This document shows, piece after piece, positions 39,347 to 52,994 of a stretch of DNA of 64,000 nt. A program made the position numbers and the translations under genes. The number at the start of each line of letters is the position of its first letter. Within the stretch, counting starts at the first letter, position 1. The notes beneath the pieces were generated by a model. It searched no databases and had not been told where the DNA came from. It saw nothing but the letters and a program-made list of their open reading frames with translations. The DNA lies in NCBI GenBank assembly GCA_004022145.1, contig RCNU01000011.1. One strand, 5' to 3'. The DNA comes from Paecilomyces variotii. Its lineage: Eukaryota.

Positions 39347-41156
39347 GCCAAGCAAAGGGACCATCGATCTTGATGGAATGTCCGACCTTTTCAATATGAG
39401 AGAGATCGTTGAAAACCTACACTTCTCGAACAGTTCTCGAGTTACGGCATCACATCAGAGCCATTCACTTCGAGAAGTCGACCCGCGCGCACACGTCGTT
39501 CGCATGTGCATTAATTTATTCTTTTTTTCTTCCAAGAACAAAAATATCAAGAAAAAGAAAAACCAGCACGGCCAATATCTCGGTGGAACGTCTTCTTCCC
39601 TACATGGGATGATGATGGCGATGACGGAAAGCACACGGCCCGTGGCAAAGCTGGTCTTCGTTACGCGTTGCTTCTCATCTTCATATCATGCTTATCCCTT
39701 GATTAAAAAAAGCACGGGAAGAACGCCGAGTCGCTTGACAAGGCCAACACATGAATACCCGCTACGTATCTCCTCAATATGGATACATTTGAGGATACGT
39801 CCAGGTGGGAAAGAATGACAAGGTCGTGTATCGTCGTCTTACTTGCTGTCTATCTTCTGCGTGCCGCCAGACAGTGGCATTCAATTCACAAGACAGGAAC
39901 TGTCAGATTTTATGACAAGTGGACGATAGCATACGACAATCGTGGTCTAGTGATGTTGTCTAGGTAGGCAGCCAAGTTAAATCAATAGATAGTGCCTAGA
40001 TAATCGAATTCAAGATGAATCAAGACCTTCAAAAGTACCTAATAACACCCTCTAAATGACAAACGTCTATGCTGAATCAATGTCTATCCTTATATGTCTT
40101 CTGGTATACAGATGCCAATCTATGGAACTGGACAAGTAACTTGAACCTGTCTCGCCCTGAGTTCTCGAGAGGGTGATTGGTAGTCTAATGTTAGAGGTCC
40201 AGGTAGAGTCTCGCCAACTAGGAGTTCTCCTTTTTGGTCGAGTGGCAGAAAGCCATCATCTAATGCCACACTCCGTATTTTCCTTGGCATATCTCATATC
40301 GACAGGCATTGAATCCTCCTGCAGAGTTACCTCAAGCGTACCTATCTATCTACACTCTGTCCCACTTTAACCATTCTTCATTATCGTCATTGGATTCTCT
40401 AATTGCCAGCTATAACTCTCTAGTGCGTGGATGTACATACATATGTATGTGCTTGATTTCAGAGCAAAAATCTGAATAACCGTTCGATAATCGTAGTAGC
40501 CAATCTCCATTCCCGGAACTAATCTAGCTTATCCCAACAAAACCTGAAATTTATGGGACGGTTCCGGGGAGATCGAATCAGGGATTCGCCCTTTTGAACG
40601 AGTGGCGTAGCGAGTTACGAGATCTTCCAAGTCATTTGCCTATCGCTTATGCTAACGAATGCGGAACACACTACAGTACTAACTAGGTAACTACTACTAC
40701 TACTACTTACCATCACCTTGCGGGGTACGTAATTTAATATCAACCAATTGCCAAAACCGGTAGATCCTATGTCCTCTCTCTCATACCAGTAAACGCGGTT
40801 TCTAAGGTTTACTATCTACCACTGGTAGGATTATCGCGCCTATGAGATGTGCGTTTCAGGGTGAGCTACTGAACACTGCTTAGTAGAAGCTAGCCCCCTT
40901 GATTAACATGAGGTATTTCAACCCCGCTGTATAATAATAATAATTAATCCATAACTACCAGGGGGAACCACGCTAGAATGCGTTCAGTTATCAAACCTGG
41001 TAGCGATCGTTCACTAAACGATCACATGATGAGAGTGATGTCACCCGTTGTAGAAAAGAAGAGGATACATCGTCTCTCTCTAACATTCTGTCCTTCTTCT
41101 CTACATCTCATTCTTCCCAAATTTCAAATCCACGTTGCCAGCGCCGATTTTCAACC

Positions 41157-41982
41157 ATGGCATATTCTCGGTCAAAGATACCTATCCCGCGGTTGCACAC
41201 TCGATCTGAGTCTCTCAGTGACCATACACCGCCCCAGCGGCGGCGCGCTTCTCGCGCGTGCCAGTCCTGTCGTGCGCGAAAGGCGAAATGCGACGAAGGC
41301 TGGCCAGCCTGTGGTCAATGCAAGGACTCGCATGTTCAGTGTGTCTACACGGGTGGAAAACGCGAAGAGCGCAACAGGTATGTATAGTATTACTAGCAAT
41401 TCCTCCGTGTCAAAAGGGAGGCAAGATCGCTCATTATTCACGCAGACGATTCGAGCTGCTCTCGAGAAAAGAGGCCGAGTATGAGGCCGTCTTATCGCAC
41501 ATCAGTCTCGCCAGTACCGATCCTTTGAGTCGGCTGGCAGCGCAGACGGTTCTTGAAAAGGTGCGAAATCCCTCGGTGCATCCACCACCTCCCAATGTAC
41601 TTCCTACCTGGGTCTGTCAGAATCTAATAATTTTGCGGACCGCTGCACTTAGTTTTCTCCCGATAAGATGGTTTTGAATCCACCCACTGTTCCGCCCGAC
41701 GTGGGTGCATCGACCTGCGATCCACTGTCTTCATACGTGATAGACGATGCACCCCAGCAGCCATTGGCGCAGCCGATCGGTTACATTGGCAATCCATTTC
41801 CAAGCTTCAGTCAGGTAAATGACGGATCACATGGACCTGTGAACGATCTCGGTCTGGGACTCGAAGCGAGTACAATCGGTACTGAGCCTGGCCACAGGGT
41901 ATCTTCTACCGCTTCGATGACTTATCTCGATCCCAACTTTGCCTTTGTCAATGACCTGGACGCGGCGCATTTTCTGACGTGA
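41157..41982 (+). CDS. Short Zn2Cys6 DNA-binding protein (~221 aa)
   Basis: RASRACQSCRARKAKCDEGWPACGQCKDSHVQCVY. Exons 41157-41377, 41446-41560 and 41653-41982 splice in frame. Confidence 0.8.
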
Positions 41983-44028
41983 TTTCTTCAAATTCCTCCG
42001 CCTTGGCAGGACACCGCCTTGACAGGACAGGATTCTCATTACTTGACAGAAGGTGCGTGTTAAATTTGTCTTGCGCTAAGTCGTGTTTTCTTTTCTATTC
42101 TTTTTTTTTTCACCTTGATGTCTGTTTCTCTTACTGTTTCACATGTATGTCTGGCGTTTTTCGATTATGTGGACCAGGAGCTCTCTTAGAAATAACCGGA
42201 CAGGCGGCATAATTATTTGAGCACTTGAAGCTCTTGCTGCGAGTTCGAAAAATGCTACGGGACGATCATTGTATCTCGTAGTTTAATGATGTAATGGAAA
42301 TATGACAAGATATCATATATACATGTATATATGTACAATGCACAGCTAGTATATTCTATACGATGGGGGGGGAGACTTCTAGCATCTAGACTCATCGTAT
42401 AATTAGAATCTAACCCCCCTCTACATCTAAAGTTAGGCAAACAATTAGTTCATTAACTAAGGTTCAATCTATACCATTTGCCCCATGTTCTAGGGCATAA
42501 AGAAATAACTAAAGAACTAATAACCCTATCTCTTCATCACATGTCTAAAGTTAATCGATTGAATAGTTAAATAGTCTTACTCTATAGATATTTATATCCT
42601 GCAGGTTAATGGAGAACGGGCAATCCAGTTCTTTTATTGGAAGTTGGATATTGCACGGCAATATTTCATCCAGTAATGAGGAGTTATATATGTAGGGGGA
42701 AGAAAGTGGTTGGTTGGTCAATCCTATAAGAAGATAGCCTTGTTGCCTGAGACCCGAGGTCTCGATCTTGATAACAATTTACCTCCTTTACCTCCATTGT
42801 GTTTAAAGCCGCAGGGACGACTGCCATGGAGAATAAGGAAGAAAATAGAACTAAATATTCATACTCGCTATGGAAGTGAAACATGCTAGACAAAGATGGG
42901 ATAGATTTGAAATAATACATAGTAGGAATGAATGAGATATGCTGTAAACAGTTGCTATTTTTCTGTTCAGGAAGTCACCAGCCTTCCTTCCATGGGTAGG
43001 TTCGACCTTGGTCTATGCCAAAATTACAAAAACAAAGAACGACTGAGTTGAAATGAGTATGATGCAAAAAGAAAAAAAAGAAGAAGAAATGAGCCCATTA
43101 AGAGAAGAGTACTCCCAACGCAATGCTAAAGGACCGTCTAAGCGATATCCGAGCTAGAAACCCCAAGGATGCAGGAGTGCAATGCAAATCAAGATATTAA
43201 CGCCAATTGCATCTCATCACGTTAGGATGATCGTGTCTTCAAACAGACTTGCTGTTACTTTTCCAATGATCCACATCACAAATCGCACCGTCTCTCTTAT
43301 TCCATCAATCATGTTTTGTCGAGTAGTGAAGAAAGGAAACGGTTTGTTCACGTAAGTTGTCGAGAATTGGCCGCAGTCGCATCGAATAACCCACAATCGT
43401 CGTAATGGCCAGCCAGTAGAGCAGAGAAAGTTGGAGACGGTTGGTCGATAGATTATGTCGCACAAACTGATCCACAGCAGTACTCCTCACATCTCGATAG
43501 CCAGCTGCACTCTTCGGGAGCAGTATGATGCAGGTCTATCCAGCAAACAGAGGAAACGTGTCCCATTACCAGCAGCCTATGTCGACAATCCCGGACGTCA
43601 AAAGAAACACTGCAGATTTCAAATCGAAGGGACATAAGAAAAGATGGCTCGTGCCGTATCGCCGCAGGAACCGGTCCCGAAAACTCCAGTAACGACTGAT
43701 AGATGAGATTATCGTTTTTTTTTTGCTTTGTTTTGTTTTGGTTTGGTTTTTTTGGGGAAATGGGCCTGCATTTCCGTGGTTTATGGTAGACAGAGAGCCA
43801 AGGTTAACACGGGGAAAGACCGGAAGGTCCACTCGTTCCGCTATGGAGGCATGCCCAGCACACCGACAGCTTCTGAGCAAACGAACCAAGCTCTCCCTCC
43901 TATGCTCTCTTGACTCTCCTCCACCCTCAAAAGGCCTCGTTCCCTGAAATCCATAGCTGACATCGTACAAGGGTGCCGTTGGCTTTAACCCCTATCCAAG
44001 TTGTCCCTTCTCGTTCAGACATCATTAT

Positions 44029-44223
44029 TCATTTGTAGCTCGTGCCTGGGGGTCCATTTGGACCACCTCGTCCGGTAGAGTGAGTCGGACACGCATATCC
44101 CACCAAGACAGTCTTCTCCTGCACTGTATGGCCACGTTGGCCGAATGCTTCGCATGGATCAACTGCGTGCTTGTAGTAGAGGCATCGGCATACGGAATAG
44201 CGTTCAACAACTTGGTAGCACAT
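44029..44223 (-). CDS. 64-aa Cys/His-rich microprotein (MCYQVVERYSVCRCLYYKH...)
   Basis: ATG in good context (TTCAAG-ATG) and a TATATA box about 155 nt upstream. Ordered pattern C2, C12, C14, H19, C24, H32, C45, H48. It resembles small hypothetical proteins I recall from other filamentous ascomycetes. Confidence 0.7.
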   Translation of the reverse strand: MCYQVVERYSVCRCLYYKHAVDPCEAFGQRGHTVQEKTVLVGYACPTHSTGRGGPNGPPGTSYK

Positions 44224-47200
44224 CTTGAAAAAGAGTGATCTGCTTTCTTGGATATGGTTGTTCTTTCGTGATTTATAGTCAAGGAATGACTGCTCGCAAT
44301 GAGATTGAGGGCGACTTAAACAGCAAGGCGCAATGGATGTCAAACGGAAGTTGGAAAGCGTCGCCGCTGTGAAGGGGTATATAGAGATCAATCTCCAAAA
44401 GAAAAAGGACGATTCCAGCAATCAGGATACGGCAACCTGACTGTTTGACCAAAGAGGCAGGCTTGACAGAGGCACAACAGGGTATAGCAAAGGATCAATA
44501 AATCAAATACACAACTGCTTCAACGAATGGCGCACTGTAGCAAACTTGTTGACAGCATCTCTGGTGGCCAGGCCAGACGATTTATATCCAAGAGAGAGTA
44601 GGCAGATGGGATGGAAGTAGAGAAGTTTAGTTTTAGAAAAGCCAGCCACAAAGTGGCCGGTGATGACCCTGCACCCGGGCGCGCCATGGACCCAGACAGG
44701 TACGGCGGACAGTTCTGCAAGGCGTCCACTGGATCCAGCATAGTAGTCTGTCTGTCTGTCTCCAGAAAGACCAGCAGTATGGTTCCCGCGAGATAGATCA
44801 CCACGGTACCGAATCAGTTAACCGCAATGCCAAAACAGGGCCCGAGTGCGAATATAGACTCATAATAGAGTCTCCGCCTGCACCGCCAGAGACGGGGCTT
44901 CCGCGGACAAGACCGAAAGACTATCACCAATCAACCGTGCGAGATCACTGGAATTCCTGCCAGGCTGCCCACCTGATGACTGCTTGCCCTAGCAGCTCAA
45001 GTGACAGCCTGTGCGGAATTTTATCCACCATGACGGGCACTTTGACGACGGCCAGCAGCTGGACAGGCGCGGGAATCGGCTGCTAGAGCAGCCACAGTCC
45101 AACCGGACTTGGCGTAGGGTTCGCACTCAGCTCGATGCGAGATCGACAGCGTTGCCTTATCCACTAGGTCGGGCCCCACGTCAGGGGAGAAATCATCTTG
45201 TCGGTCTTGTGCGATGCATAGTTGGGTCCGATCGCTTGCGCATCATTGACTGTCAGCCTCGAAGCTTTGAAGAGTGATCCATCTGCTGAATTCGTAGTAC
45301 AGAGGATGGGGCCTCGTGAGTCGCTTCAACATTCAAGTCCATCTGGTAGTGGGTGTGTTTTCGCTCCCCTAATTTCGAGAAGTCATTGTTTCCTGCAACA
45401 GACGGACTCAATGCAGACTCCGGTTTTCCGGGATCTGACCAATGTCTCTTGTCCCTCGGGCTTCAAACTTCTAAAGTAGAGACAAGCGCTTGACGTGCCT
45501 ACATTAGTCGCGCGCGCACCAGCGATAGCGTGCAGCGGTTCAGCTTGACGCATCCCGATGGAGACCAGGGTGGACAGTATACCGCTGCCCACTGGACCCT
45601 AAGCGCAAGACCGTTAGAACTTAGAGACATCTACGGTACTTTGTTTCGGAACCTGGAACAGGCGTCTCTTTGAGGCCAAACAAAAAAAAAAAAACAAAAG
45701 CAAAAACCCCGATCATGTGCTAGGCCTGCTCAGGGACCCCGGTCGTAACTTGTCTATCCGATCCAGGTCTCTATAACTTGTCTCACTCAGGATCTCACTG
45801 TGAAGCATCGGCGTCGACGGCATCGCTGATCGACTTCGGCCATGAGCCTGAGCCACGGTGGACCGGGTGAGGCGCAGCAGGGTCAGGATTTCGTCCGGGA
45901 TCGCTTTCCCCGAACATCTAAGAGTCCTAGCTTACTAGTATAGACAAGCAATGATGCAATCTCACTAGATTGGTTTGCTCAGAGCGTCATCCTGTGTTCA
46001 ACTTCGTGGCTATCGGCAACAATAGTCAGTTCCAGATGAGCGAGATCTCGATGCCTGAGCAGTCGAGGGCGACGAGGCGTGTTGATTGATCGGCCGCAGC
46101 CGAAAATAGTTGCCGGCGGTCGATCTGTCCTCTCAGACTCCAGGGTACATTCCATTTCTGGGATGTCTGTGCACAGGGCTACGGCAATCTTCTCCAAGAA
46201 GTTGTTTCTGCCATGACCCCAAGTCTCAAGATGGTGCTGCTATTATTATTACACGTCAAAACGTGATGCGAAGGCCACTTTTCTGCCTCGGGCACTCATT
46301 ATTATTATTCTGCACATTTCAGCTGCCTTCTGTTCGTCCCAGACCTGATCAGTGGGGCCGCGTGGAGACCGGCTAGAGTTAGTGAAGAATGGTCGTCATC
46401 GGTGATTTGGGCGAGTGTATAGTAAGTTTACTCTAGAGTAAATCGAAGCATGGAAGTATTAGCATTGAGCAATCAATTCGATACTAGCAGTGCGAATATG
46501 CTCCATATGCATTTCCCCTTTTTGGGTCTGGAGAGCCGCATGGCATGGTTCTGCTCGACATGATCGGAACCATGGTACATTGTCAGAACAGTTCTTGCGG
46601 GGGCAAATATCGGGCAAGGCACTTAGCTAGTACATAGTACACGGCAACAATTCAACACGGAAGCTGAATGTTGCCCATCATTCTCCTGGTAGGTACCTAG
46701 ATGCCCCCACGGATAACCCGGAAGAAGACTCGTCTGTCGAGAATTTCCATCTCCTTCCTCGCATACTGATTTTCGCCACTGACAGCTGTGCTTTGGACTA
46801 GTACACTGTAAATCGTAAGTGTCTGATCAAAGAAAGTGAGGCCCGTCACTACTGCAAGTAAGAAGAGGCTTGAGTCATTTGGGATCAGAGGAGCCACCAG
46901 CCACAGAAGACGGGGTGTCAAAGGACCCATGGGTCAAAGTGCGAGGAATCTTCAGCACCAGCCTCACCAATAACTAACTAACTCACGATGAGTTAGTGGA
47001 TGGAGCCGGACAGAATCGATTGATCGACTAACTATGTAGTAGGTAAGGAGCTAGCCATATCTATGGCAACTAGGACAAGAATAGCCAGCAGGGGAGAATT
47101 CCGTCGGTGAGAGCAGAAAAAATCCGCGAGAAAATCGCATGGGCTGCCTGCTCAGCCCTACGGACAAGCCGCACTTTACTGGAAACAGCTTAGTGTCCCC

Positions 47201-49174
47201 TAGCCACACCCCTGTGCGGCTCATTCTGCCGCCTTTTCCACCAATCACCATCCAAGCCATGAGTGTGGCGGTGAACCGTCCACGAGCCGGCGGCCTGAGG
47301 CTCTCGTGACTTGTCGCGGACCGCTCTTTGATGACTATCGTGTCTATGTATGTATGTACATCGCAGACGTAATCCTCATTATTATTCTGACTGCTTGCTC
47401 AGTTGTAGTTATTGGCTCTGATGACGGAAACCTCCCTGCAGAAAACAACCAGGCAACTACTGATGACGGTCATGAGATTAGCATGTCACGTCTCGAATGC
47501 AAAAGACCTCTGTTTTATTTATTTGTTTCTATGAATTACATGAAATTTACTACTGCAGTATGTGGATACTAGCTGATCATAGACCCAGTATACATATCCC
47601 ACTGTCCACATGGCGAGTAAGTACCTACCTAATTACTATGGTACACAGTTAGTCGCCAATAGTACTGTACTGATATATTTCCAGAACCTCCTATCCGGTC
47701 ATCTCCGTTCAAACATTTAGTCAACAAATCAGACACTTTCTAAAACAGCTGAAGCACCCACACAATGCACGTGACGATCTGTTCCGCAGATATTGATCTG
47801 CTACAATTGCCTCTTTGCTCGCATCATATCAATCAGCAACACCCTGGTTATTTTCCAGGGATCAACGTTGCCTCCCAGAAACAAGCTTGATATTCCCTGC
47901 GCTGATCCCTTACATGGTCCTCGTGTCCATATGACTCAGGAAATAGCTGTCTCCATGTGGTTATGGATTCTGGAAGCGTCTAGGCAGGCCAGATCCAATA
48001 ATCAGAAATCATGACTCTTCTCATCGGGCTATCCTGTAGACTGCCCAAACATATTCTAAGATATATGTGGAATATCTGCAGTCATCCCGGTAGTATTCTC
48101 CCCACGAGCTTTATTAATGACCTAGACACGACTCACCCCATCTTTATGAAGTCGGACACATGATGCTATCAGTCATCTTGTCCGTTGGCAGCTGAGCCTC
48201 TTCACTTACTGCTGCGATCAGGGTCCCCTTAGGCAGACAGGCATCGTAAGGCTCGCTGCTTCACGTTTCACAGACTATCAATCAGCAAGCAGACCGATTC
48301 CAGACCCAGCGCAACGGGCAGACTGACACGCTCTCCTACTGTTGCTTACTACACCCTGCCATCCTGATACTGCCTCGATAGCGGGTCTCAAACAAGGGCC
48401 TTTCGACCAGATTGATAACATTATATACATCCCTGTCTGTTGTCCTATTTTCATCCATCAAATAACTAGGCCTGTAAACCTCCAAGCCTCGATCCTCTCC
48501 GATCAATTGCTTATATGTCAGACTCATACTCAGGCATGACATGAACCGTACGATCAACTGCAATGATTCATCTTCTATAAACCTTTAGTCCCACTTTCAC
48601 GCCCATAATCATACCCATACTTTTGAAGACATCGGTGTCGCATCATGAGACAAAGCGATGAGATGCTATCAGTGTTGGTGCTCGTGCTGATGCTGATGCT
48701 TTATCATCGATTCAGCCTCAGTCATACCTTCCCCGCTATCTATATTATTATGTAATTGAACGAGCCTCAAAATCAGAACTGCAACATCGTACATGAGCCA
48801 AAAACACAAGAAAACACAAGAAAACCTTTGGCCTCCTTATTCGTTAGCGGAAACTTGGCCTGAAATAAAATTGTAAGTGGTGTGTTCTGGGTAAGTTTAG
48901 GTATGCGCTGATGTCAATTCATATAGATTTCGTCCCCAGTTCTAAAGCTGACAAGTTATAGTTGACGAGAATTATCACTCGGTGTAGTTACCACATTGTC
49001 TTCTGGTTATGGAAGATGCTTAATGAATTCTGTGCAACGATGGAGAAATATTTTCATGAAGGTTGATGAATTATATTATCCTTATGGTGAAATTCATTGA
49101 ATGCGAATGCAACTTGTCCCCAGATACCATGATGCTTATAGTAGTTTTCACTCCATGACACCGGTTAAGTTTTG

Positions 49175-49219
49175 TCTTCTCTTCTCTTCTCTTCTCTTCT
49201 CTTCTCTTCTCTTCTCTTC
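49175..49219 (+). repeat. (TCTTC)9 pentanucleotide microsatellite, downstream of NUP85
   Basis: Directly visible. Confidence 0.95.
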
Positions 49220-49387
49220 TCCCTCTCTTTTCTCTTGCAATGTAATGTGATATCAGATCGCTCCAGACTAGTCCAGTTACAGTGCAGAAATAAAATATAA
49301 AAAAAAAGAACACGATCATATGAGAGGCACACATAAAACATTGCAGATATCACAGCTTGAACAATGCTCAATGATCATACAAGTAAG

Positions 49388-52300
49388 TCATGATGAGACG
49401 ACCGATCCCAACGCGCCGAAACTCAAACCGCGGGCTAAGCCAAGACGGAGAATACGGAGAATATCAGAGCCCTTTGCATCTTCGGGTAATCCGGCGCGCC
49501 AGTCCCATCCTCTCTGGACGGTCTCGGATTTCTGGCCTGGTCGAGGGACGAGAATGCCGGAGCCGGAGCCGGAGCCGGAGCGCGAGCGGGAGTGAGATCC
49601 AAGCATTTCGTTGCCGATGAGGGAGAACCCGCTCGAGGCTGTCGCGTTGGAGACGGATTTCTTGAACAGTGTTCGTGGGGAGGGTGGCAGGACGAAGGAG
49701 GCAGAGGAGTCACTTCCTGATGTAGAGGACCGTTCGTAGGAGTGATAGTGCACGAGGGTCGAGCGGAAGCATTCTTCACACTGGGCGTAGACCCGCGGAG
49801 TGACGGTTTCAAGATCTTCGACGGCAGAGAGAATGGTGGATTGCTGAGAAAGTGTAAGAAGGGCGGTTGGTTCTATATCATGTTAGCATTTGTTTTCCCT
49901 ACTGACCCGATCTGGATATACTTACGGTCCACAAAAATCAATGCCTCTCCTAGCAGCGCGAGCAGGCCGTCCACTTGCACGGCTGAATCTCGGTCCGGAT
50001 CATACAGTCCGCCGTAGATACTGTCGGCTGCACTGCGGATGACTGCAACCAAAGCATCCGCTGCAGCTCGTTTCCTTGCCAGCGGCTTGTGCTTAGGCTT
50101 CTCGCCCTCTTTCAGGTCAATCTCTTCATCACGGATATCGTAGAACCGACGTAATGTGGCGTAACCACTGAAGTAGAACTGCAGGATGCGGGCGGCTTCA
50201 TTGTCGACAGCTGCAATAGCTGACAAACAGGTCTTGGGCTCACTGATCAGAGATCTCAACTGCTCGTCCAAATCTGCTGCGGCCGGGTAGGCACGGGACT
50301 GCACGAGGGAATATGATGTCAAAAGGTCAAGGACGGATTTGACTTTACGAGAGGAATGAGCACGAGCGTAGCAGACAAGTGCTAGGCCGTATTCTTCGGA
50401 TTCGGAGGCGACACGGTCTCCGTATCTCTGTAATATCGTTAGCACCGAAGTCGAAAAAAAAAAAAAAAAAGAACCTCGAAGAAAATGTGGATTGGCGGAT
50501 ATTTGGGGAGGCAACTGACCTCAGATACTCTTCTCCCTTCATTATCTAGACCAAGCTCGGTGCACAGCAAGACCACCTTGTCCATTTGCTCCGCTGTGTC
50601 AAGTGGTATCCTGTCAAGTATCTCTGAAACCTTCTTCTGCATGGTATCGGCGTCATCAAGTCGGCTAAGGATCTCCAAGGAAACCTCCCATCCGTCCCGT
50701 ACATCATCCTGGTGTTCAAAGCGCTGGCGACCAAACAGTCCTTCAGCGTAGAGCACGAGGATATCGTCCTTTTGAAGACGACGAGTAGCCGCGTTTCCAT
50801 CTTGACCGTAAGAAAGGACCATTAGATCGTTCTCACTCAAAAGCCCTGGCAACGGCTTTCCTCCAGCCGCAGTGTCGAGCCAGCCGCCCACAGAGGCAAT
50901 TTCTGCTACCGCAGAAGCTACGCACAAGGACCAGAGCTGCAGCAACCCGAGAACACCTTCGACATTGCCCTCGAAAATCGATGCTAGACCAACCTCAAGG
51001 CTGTTCAAGGAGTTCAGACGGAATGCAGCTTCTCCTTGTATTTCATCATTCGTAACGCAGGAAAACGTATAGTCAAGGCGACGAAGGTAGGCGTCCTCGG
51101 GATTGGCATCTACGGAGCGGGGCACGTGTGAATGCGATTTCGTACGTGAACGCTTCGCGCTGGACGTGCTGGCATCGATGTCTTTCTGGCTGATAATCTC
51201 ACTGTCATCTTCACCGTCCCACCAGACCGTGAGCCCAATCGTGGCTTCCACCCAGTCTTGAGACTGCGCCATAATGGCAGTCGAGTCACCAAGAAGGATT
51301 CCGTATAAAGCTTTCAGATTCTGATAAATTGTCCAAGGCACACGACTCTCAGCCATACGGGCCGACTGGGAAAACGAGGGGTAACCACCTAGTCTCCGGC
51401 TCGTATCTTGCCCCATACCGAAATTGATCGCCTGGAAGCGAGTTGTGGGAATTGGAAGTGGTGGAGGCGGTTGGTCCTGGCCCTCAGCAAACTCTTCGAG
51501 CTCAGCTAGAGCATTAACAACGCGCTTCCTATAGGACGTCCATTCTTCTCCCTTGATGTCCCAGTCATCTTGCTGCACAAGAGGCGAAGCATCCAGAATC
51601 TGAATCGCTTTGTTGACAGTCTTCTGAACATTCTGAAGCTGGGCTCCACGGTAACCAGCTTGGGTCAATCCATCCTCTAATGCAGATCTGGCGTAATTAA
51701 AATCCGCAGACCGTAGAACCGCAACCACTTCGGAGTGGAAACCCCGCAGGACAGAAGCCTGGACAACCTCCCAGAAACTCGGAGATGCCGTAGGATTTGG
51801 ACTGACATTTTGCAAAGTCTGTATGTCGCCCGTCTGAGGAGGGTGGAAGTCGTTCAACCAATCCAGCAGCACTTTGGGGACGGGTTCGTATGTCTTCGCG
51901 CTGGGACCGGACAAAACCAGACTTCGAGCTGTCGCGCGTACGGCAGAGCCTTTGCTGCCTCCCAGATTGGCATCCACCAGCGGTGGATGGTGAAGCTGGA
52001 GGAGCAAGGAACCCAAGAAACTGGCCTTCGCGACTCCAGGAGCATTCTCGCCGGGCCCAATGCCACTAGCTGCATTATACGGCCGCTGTGTCTTGCTCTC
52101 CCTCTCTGCGCACTCGTACCATATATCCGCTAGTTCCGTCGACGCTTCCGATAGTGCTGCCTGAAAGTCGACCTCCTTGAACTCCGACTGGCGCACTTTG
52201 TCGTACATCCGACATACCTCGTCTTCTGTCTCAATGATCATATCGCTCGGTTCAGACACCATCGCCTTCTGGGTCCTAGTGGCCAAATCGCGCACTATCG

Positions 52301-52994
52301 ACGGGATAGTTGAGTCCTTTTTCCTCGGCGCAAGCTTGGGCTTGCTGGCTGGTGCTGGTGGGTTTGCCCATCGTTCGTCCAGCTTCGCGCGCTTCGCGTT
52401 GTTAGGGTTAGAGTAAATCGATTTCCGTTGACCAAGTGGCGCCGTGTTACCAGGCCCTGTAGTGCTGTAGGTTGAGCCAAAGAACCCGAAGCGGTCCTCG
52501 GAGATATTATTTGTGTTTTCGACGTCCATGCCACCGTCGTCCTCTTCGTCGTAGTCTTCGTAGTCCTCATACTCCTCTGGACCTCGACTAAACTGTGAGC
52601 TGTATCCACTCCTGTTTCCAAAGTCCATTGAGTCACCAAACTGGGTGCCGTTGGTTGTGCCGAACAGAGACTGCGACGCAGCAAACGGCTTGCCAGCGCC
52701 CGCCTTCTTTGTTCGTGGCATCGGGTAATTGGAGGATGCGAACGACGAATCCATGATGCTATCACCGCCGTTGAAACCCGATTGACTGAACGCGGATTCT
52801 GAAAAGTTCAGCTTCGACCTTCGACTCGGCTGTGAACTGCCAAAGATTGTCGACGGCGGAGGGCCCTGCGGAGTGAAGGAGTGCGCTGAGGACGGTGGAA
52901 CCCCAGCAGGAGTCGTCGAAGCGTTCGAGGAAACACCTCGTGATCTGTTGGGAGTCGATGGCGGACTCGATTCGTATGGAACACTGAACGCCAT
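49388..52994 (-). CDS. NUP85: Nucleoporin Nup85
   Basis: Low-complexity N-terminus, then LLLQLHHP, VLLDWL, SFWEVVQASVLRG, DWVEATIGLTVWWDG, YGLALVCYARAH, LFYFSGYATLRRFY-like segment and C-terminal RGWDWR. Two introns. Confidence 0.85.

Noticed and set aside
43217-43635. Cys-rich small ORFs downstream of the microprotein gene, suggesting a polycistronic peptide array
   Set aside because: No shared motif with the 64-aa peptide or with each other. Consistent with chance ORFs in a 3' region; ribosome profiling would be needed.
44400-49100. Possible transposon or hidden gene in the 5-kb gap
   Set aside because: No terminal repeats, transposase or RT motifs, or coherent exons found by eye. A non-coding RNA cannot be excluded.
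49071-49371. ORFs containing REEKR repeats
   Set aside because: Translation of the (TCTTC)9 microsatellite downstream of NUP85.
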